From Phallusia mammillata (taxonomy: Eukaryota), in assembly GCA_965637545.1 (NCBI GenBank), contig OZ281495.1, forward strand, positions 2,728,001 through 2,792,000: a stretch of DNA of 64,000 nt. The letters are read 5' to 3'. Shown piece by piece: positions 59,192 to 64,000 of the stretch. Position 1 is the first letter of the stretch, and each line of letters opens with the position of its first letter. The notes below the pieces were generated by a model. That model searched no databases. It saw only the letters and a program-made list of their open reading frames with translations, and had not been told where the DNA came from. A program made the translations under genes and the position numbers.

Positions 59192-62100
59192 CTGCAGGGA
59201 AATAAAAAAAGATGTTTTTATTTTAGTTTCAAGAAATAAAAAACAAAAAAAAAAAACTGATCGTAATTTGACACCGGTTCATGTAAAGCCATTTTATAGT
59301 AATAAATGTGTTTTAGTGTTAAATACCAAAAAATTTTAAATTTAACTTTTAAATAACCCTGACATAATAACAAGGTTTTGACGACATAATGCTAAATATT
59401 TGGTTTTTTGCAGTGTGACATTTTGTCTCCAATTTAGTAAAAAAGTTAAAACAAAATTATTTTTTGTACGAAATCAGCTTGTCAGTTTTGTCTCCCACTA
59501 GAGCCAGAGCTATTGACATGTTTGTCACATTCTAAGATACAAACAGGAATTTTGTTGTTTTAAAAGCAGGCCTAGTATCAGGAATAATACGAATATATTA
59601 TTTCCCAATGATAAAATTCTAACGTGGTGTAAGTTTAAAACAATTTATGGATCAAAATACCCTATAGTTACTTTGGAAAATAGTTGCATTTAGGCAAAAT
59701 TAGTGGTTTAATTTTTGGATAATTTAAGATAAGATATAAACAGACGTAGGCTAAATCACACTTTTGGGCGTAACATCTCTTCTCCAATATGTTAACAATT
59801 TTGCTTTAACCCACTCATTGATATCACGTAGGCCCGTCTTTAATCAATAATTTTTAAGAACGCTCTGACAAAATTTCGAATTTCGTTGGAAACATTTTTG
59901 CTGTTTCACGCCCGCTGCACCTAAAAGTTCCACTGCTTCATGTTTTGTGACGAAAATAAATAAAAACAAATTTATGACGTCAAACTCATATTATAGGATT
60001 CACGAAGTTTATTACGACAATTTCGATTTAATTTTTGATTGACAGCAAAAAAGGTGCTGCAATCGGCATCATTAACAACGGTAAGGTTTAAACAAAGTTA
60101 AATTAGTGTTTGCAAGATCTAAAGTTTCTGTCGTGACTGATACGATCTAAAAAAATGGTAAATTGACAATTGACCGTTTACAAATTCGGAAACGCTTTTT
60201 TACTCGTTAAAACATAACCGTTAACAGGATAAGCTCCCATACCAGATAGCTGCTTCTGAGAATTACCATTCGTTGAAATTAGGTTTCTACTGCCTTATGT
60301 CTCTCTGTAGGTTTGTTTGATTGTTTAGTTAGTTTTCCCGGGATAAATTGGCAAAGACACAAAAATGACTTTTTTTACAACGACAATTTAATTGGTAGTT
60401 AAGTGTCAAAAGAGTAGATATTAGTATCGACGTCAACAAACATGTGGAATTACATTAAGATCCTCACAGCAAATTAGTTACAATTAATCAATTAAGCTTA
60501 ATTGACAGTTGGCAATGTGTTGCAATACGTGATTGACAACAAACTAATTTACTATTTCGTTGCTAGAACCATAATAATTTCAAAACTGGTTGGCTGTTAA
60601 GTTCGGAAAAAAATACGGACAACAAAAAACGTTATATTTGCAGCTTTTGGATGCCAGTAGGCTACACAAGATCAAATCCACTTTACCTACAGGTTGCTTT
60701 GGTGATGTTTTGCCAAAACGGGGGAATATCTTTTGTAAGAATGTTGTCGAGCGTTTCTTGGAATTTTGTCTGATAGGATCTACAGAAAAATAGAATTTTA
60801 AACGATAAATATTTCTTTGACGACATATAGACAATATTTCTGTTGGTGATTGTACTTTTTTCTTTTGTTTTGAAAAGGTGCATTTGCAACTCTTAGCAAC
60901 TGTTTGTTGGTTTACCTGCAGGTTGCTGTGGTGACGTGCTGCTGGAATGAGCGAATTCCTCACGTGGTGGCATTAGTCTTTTCTCGTCACCGTCTCTAAA
61001 CGGATCTAAAAAACATAGATTAAGAATAAAATAGTATTTTAGAAAAATCATTCATCCAATGCAAACAAATCGTTAAAATTATGATGACCCTTGTGCGCCC
61101 CTTGTTGGTGCATCAGAACGTTCCTTATTGTCATCTGAAGTGGATGGAACTAAAAATCTCACATTCACCATTATGGTACGCAATAAAAAATGTGTACTTA
61201 TGAAACCAGATTGAAGAAAAACATATTTTGCACGCCGTGGGGTAGACCTGGCACACACAAACTCTACAGTTGATTTTCCTTATTTGAGTCCATTGACTCG
61301 GTGTTTAGAACTAGATAAATATTAATTTTCCATTAAACTGGTTGTGGCTTGTTGCAAATAAATTTTCATTGACGGCTTTACAAACATCCATGTTCGGGCT
61401 ATTGTAGAAACTATGACTTTGTTGTTGGTTTACCTGCAGGTTCCTGTGGTGATGTGCTGCTGGAATGAGCGATTTCCTCTCGTGGTGCAATGGGCATTTT
61501 CTCATCATCGTGTATGATAGGATCTAAAGATTATAAATTCGAACAAGATGATTTTCAAAAAAAATGTTTGCAAATACGTTTGTCACAGAGTAATCAAATG
61601 TAATAAATTCAATCAACATGTTTAATTATCTCTAAGTTCCCGAGTTAATGCATCTCATACCAGGTTCCTGTGGTTTGCTGGTGGTGGGAATTTCTTCTTG
61701 TTGAGAAAAACGGGATTGTGATTGCTTTGGTGCGCCCCCCGCTGGTTTGATAGAACGTTTCTTTGCGTCATCGGAAGTGGATGGCTCTAAAAACATGTTT
61801 TACAAATATACACTATTTAATTTATGTTGCAAGATTAGTTTGTGTTTTCCTTTCTGATTATGTTTTGTTTTTCCTAAATAATTCCCAACAACTGTCAAGT
61901 TATCATTTAAAAACTTTCCGTTAAAAGTTAAAACGTTCAGGTGAAACTGTGTCAGTTGCCAGTGATTCTTAACCTTTTCTGTTCTCGAAATGGTTGTGCT
62001 TTATACCAACCATTAACTAGCGCAATAAAACGTGTCATTATCAAAACAGATTAAAGGTTCTGGACCCACGAAAACATATTTTCTTTCTTTTGAGTCCATT

Positions 62101-63936
62101 GCCCCGTGGTTTAGAACTAGTAAAATTTATTTTTTATCAAACTGGTGCTGGATTGTTGCTTGTAAATGGTTATTTCTTCCTATTCTTTTTCACGTCTTAT
62201 CATATACTTAGCTTTTGTAACGTCAAGTGCACGAAAATCAAAACACGGACCAATTTGTGCAAAGTGTGAATTTGTGATGGTTATACCTCCAGATTGCTGT
62301 GCTGATATGCTGTTGAAACGAGCAATTAACTTTTGTACTGGTGTAGTGGAGCTTTCCGCGGTACCGTGACTAGTGGGATCTAAATCAATTAAAAATTTAC
62401 ACAAAACGTTTGTTTGATATTGCTCTACACTCAAAACAGCTAAAAAGTGTCATAAATGTAACTGTTGACATTATCAGTTGAGCGAAATTCCATTCAATAG
62501 ATCTTGTACCCTTCTGCTGTTTTCTGCTGGATGTAGAAGCTTTGCCTTGTTGGGAAGAAGATTGCACTTGCTCTAGTGCCCCCTCTGTCGGTCCCGATGG
62601 TTGTCTATCGGTGTCAACTGATGTGGAAGGAACTAAAAATAAGAAAGATTTTACTACCACAGTTAAAATTGCCACACAAGAAATGGCAACATCTTAACCA
62701 ACAACATTATTAGGATAAAATAAGTTTCTACGAGACAAATTATCTCCAACCTGGGTAATGTATTCTGTTATGGGTGGGAGTTATCGTTTGTTAAAATAAT
62801 TTTCTATTGTTCTATTACTATTTTACCATGAAAACTTCCGGACCAGGTTGAAAAATAGTGAAGAGGAACGCGTCGACCTTCGATGACTTGCGGTTGCTCG
62901 TCCAAATTCATTTGAGTCAAAGTCGTCAAAACTTGAGAAAGTAGCTTGGTGGTTTGTTGCTTATCCAAACGCGTTTTCAATTCTTTTTTTATTTCAGTCA
63001 TTGTGGGACGTTTTGTGGGATCTTGATCCCAGCATCGCTTCATCAGTAGTTGGAGTTGCTCTGCGATTTCTTTGTCTTCACCGACCAAAGTTTGCATCCA
63101 ATCCCGTATTTGTTGGCAGTTTGGTCTTTTTCCTCTCTTAATTTCCTCTAACAACTCTCTTCGCTCTTCTTCTGCCAGACGTGGATACGGGGCTTTACAA
63201 GCAAGAACCCAGTATAATATCATAGCAAATGCGTAAACGTCATGTTCCTTGTTAGGTTTTGTGAGAAGATCCTTTAGTTTTTCAGGAGCGGTGTAGTAGG
63301 GAGTGTATTGAGGCTTTTCTTTCTTGGTTCGTGCCAAAGGATTCCTAGTTGCCGAAATACTATAAGTTGCCAGTTCGGCGCTTCCAAAATCAGCCAATTT
63401 ACAGCTTAGTGCTTTAGTGAGCAAAATATTTCCAGGTTTTAAGTCCTGATGAATTAAACGTTTATCGGGCAAATTATGACAGAAAGCCATTGCTGATGCT
63501 ATTTCGTATAAAATACGAACGCGTACGGCAATGCCCAGTTCTTTGGATGTATCGATTAGTAGTGTTTCTAAATTTCCCCCCTTGCAGTATTCCATCACAA
63601 TTCCCATTGCAAAAGACCATTGGACGTAGCCAAAAATTCGAACGACATTTTCATGATCTGCTTTCAGCAAGTGTTCCATTTCTTCTTTAATTCTGAAGAA
63701 CATATTTTGAATAAAGTGCCTGTGGCGATTTTATTGTGTTGTGTAGGAATTCTTATAACTTACGTTTTTGTGGCTTGTGTCTTTTCCTGGGCTCCACCAG
63801 CCAACTTAAATACTTTGATGGCAACTTGTTGCTTTAACCCATTGTGGTATCCAAATATAACATCCCCGAAACCTCCTGAACCGGCCATGAAATCGTCAAG
63901 GTTACAAGTGATGTCACCACAGTCCAATTCCCTTAA
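58431..63936 (-). CDS. Unit 4 gene model: RIPK-like kinase - A-B-A-B'-B'-C - TPR-like domain (start exon outside window)
   Basis: Exons 63764-63936, 62827-63692, 62510-62632, 62287-62379, 61661-61786, 61434-61523, 60916-61005, 60687-60779, 58431-59191 sum to 2415 nt = 805 codons. Confidence 0.78.
61079..61149 (-). other. Half type-A exon ending in a stop codon
   Basis: tttag|TT CCA TCC ACT...GGG TCA TCA TAA; acceptor intact, donor half deleted. Confidence 0.65.
62827..63692 (-). CDS. Unit 4 main kinase exon
   Basis: IHQDLKPGN, LADFG, YTAPE; ttcag|A, G|gtaaaa. Confidence 0.93.
63764..63936 (-). CDS. Unit 4 kinase N-lobe exon
   Basis: gcgcag|TTA; GSGGFG, VAIK; AC|gtaagt; 71-nt intron follows. 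Confidence 0.92.
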
Positions 63937-64000
63937 CTGCGCACAAGAGATTTACATGATAACAGGAAAATTTACAAACATTATCACTCACAGCAGACAA

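Noticed and set aside
22577-63703. RHIM, death or CARD domains attached to the kinases
   Set aside because: No (I/V)Q(I/V)G core or death-fold-like exon seen in any assembled model.

Overview
AT-rich eukaryotic (invertebrate-like) genomic DNA with short spliceosomal introns and one 200-N scaffold gap (8775-8974); no CRISPR arrays or rRNA genes were seen. Most of the window is a minus-strand tandem array of four paralogous units that the ORF track shows only as disconnected pieces. Reading splice sites by hand, each unit assembles as: 6-codon start exon -> RIPK-like non-RD Ser/Thr kinase (HQDLKP, DFG, APE) -> a variable number of short, symmetric phase-1 linker exons -> one large terminal exon encoding a ~250-aa TPR-like helical domain. 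Unit 1 (25138->10018, ~955 aa) also carries a CIN85/CD2AP-type SH3 domain inside the linker. Unit 2 is 46674->38611 (~673 aa). Unit 3 (55.6k->51320) has lost almost all of its kinase but keeps open linker and TPR exons. Unit 4 (63936->58431) lacks only its start exon, which should lie beyond the window. The TPR domains vary most at helix-periodic positions, suggesting a diversifying sensor fused to an innate-immune-type kinase (inference). Bases 1-8774 are a near-perfect inverted copy of 14117-22890 ending exactly at the gap, probably an assembly artefact. Interspersed DNA includes two Penelope-like element remnants, each ending in a minimal hammerhead ribozyme, a decayed L1/Tx1 LINE, two hAT MITEs with 8-bp TSDs, a Harbinger-like element and a MULE-like MITE. 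Exon models come from splice signals, phase arithmetic and paralog comparison only and are untested by transcripts.
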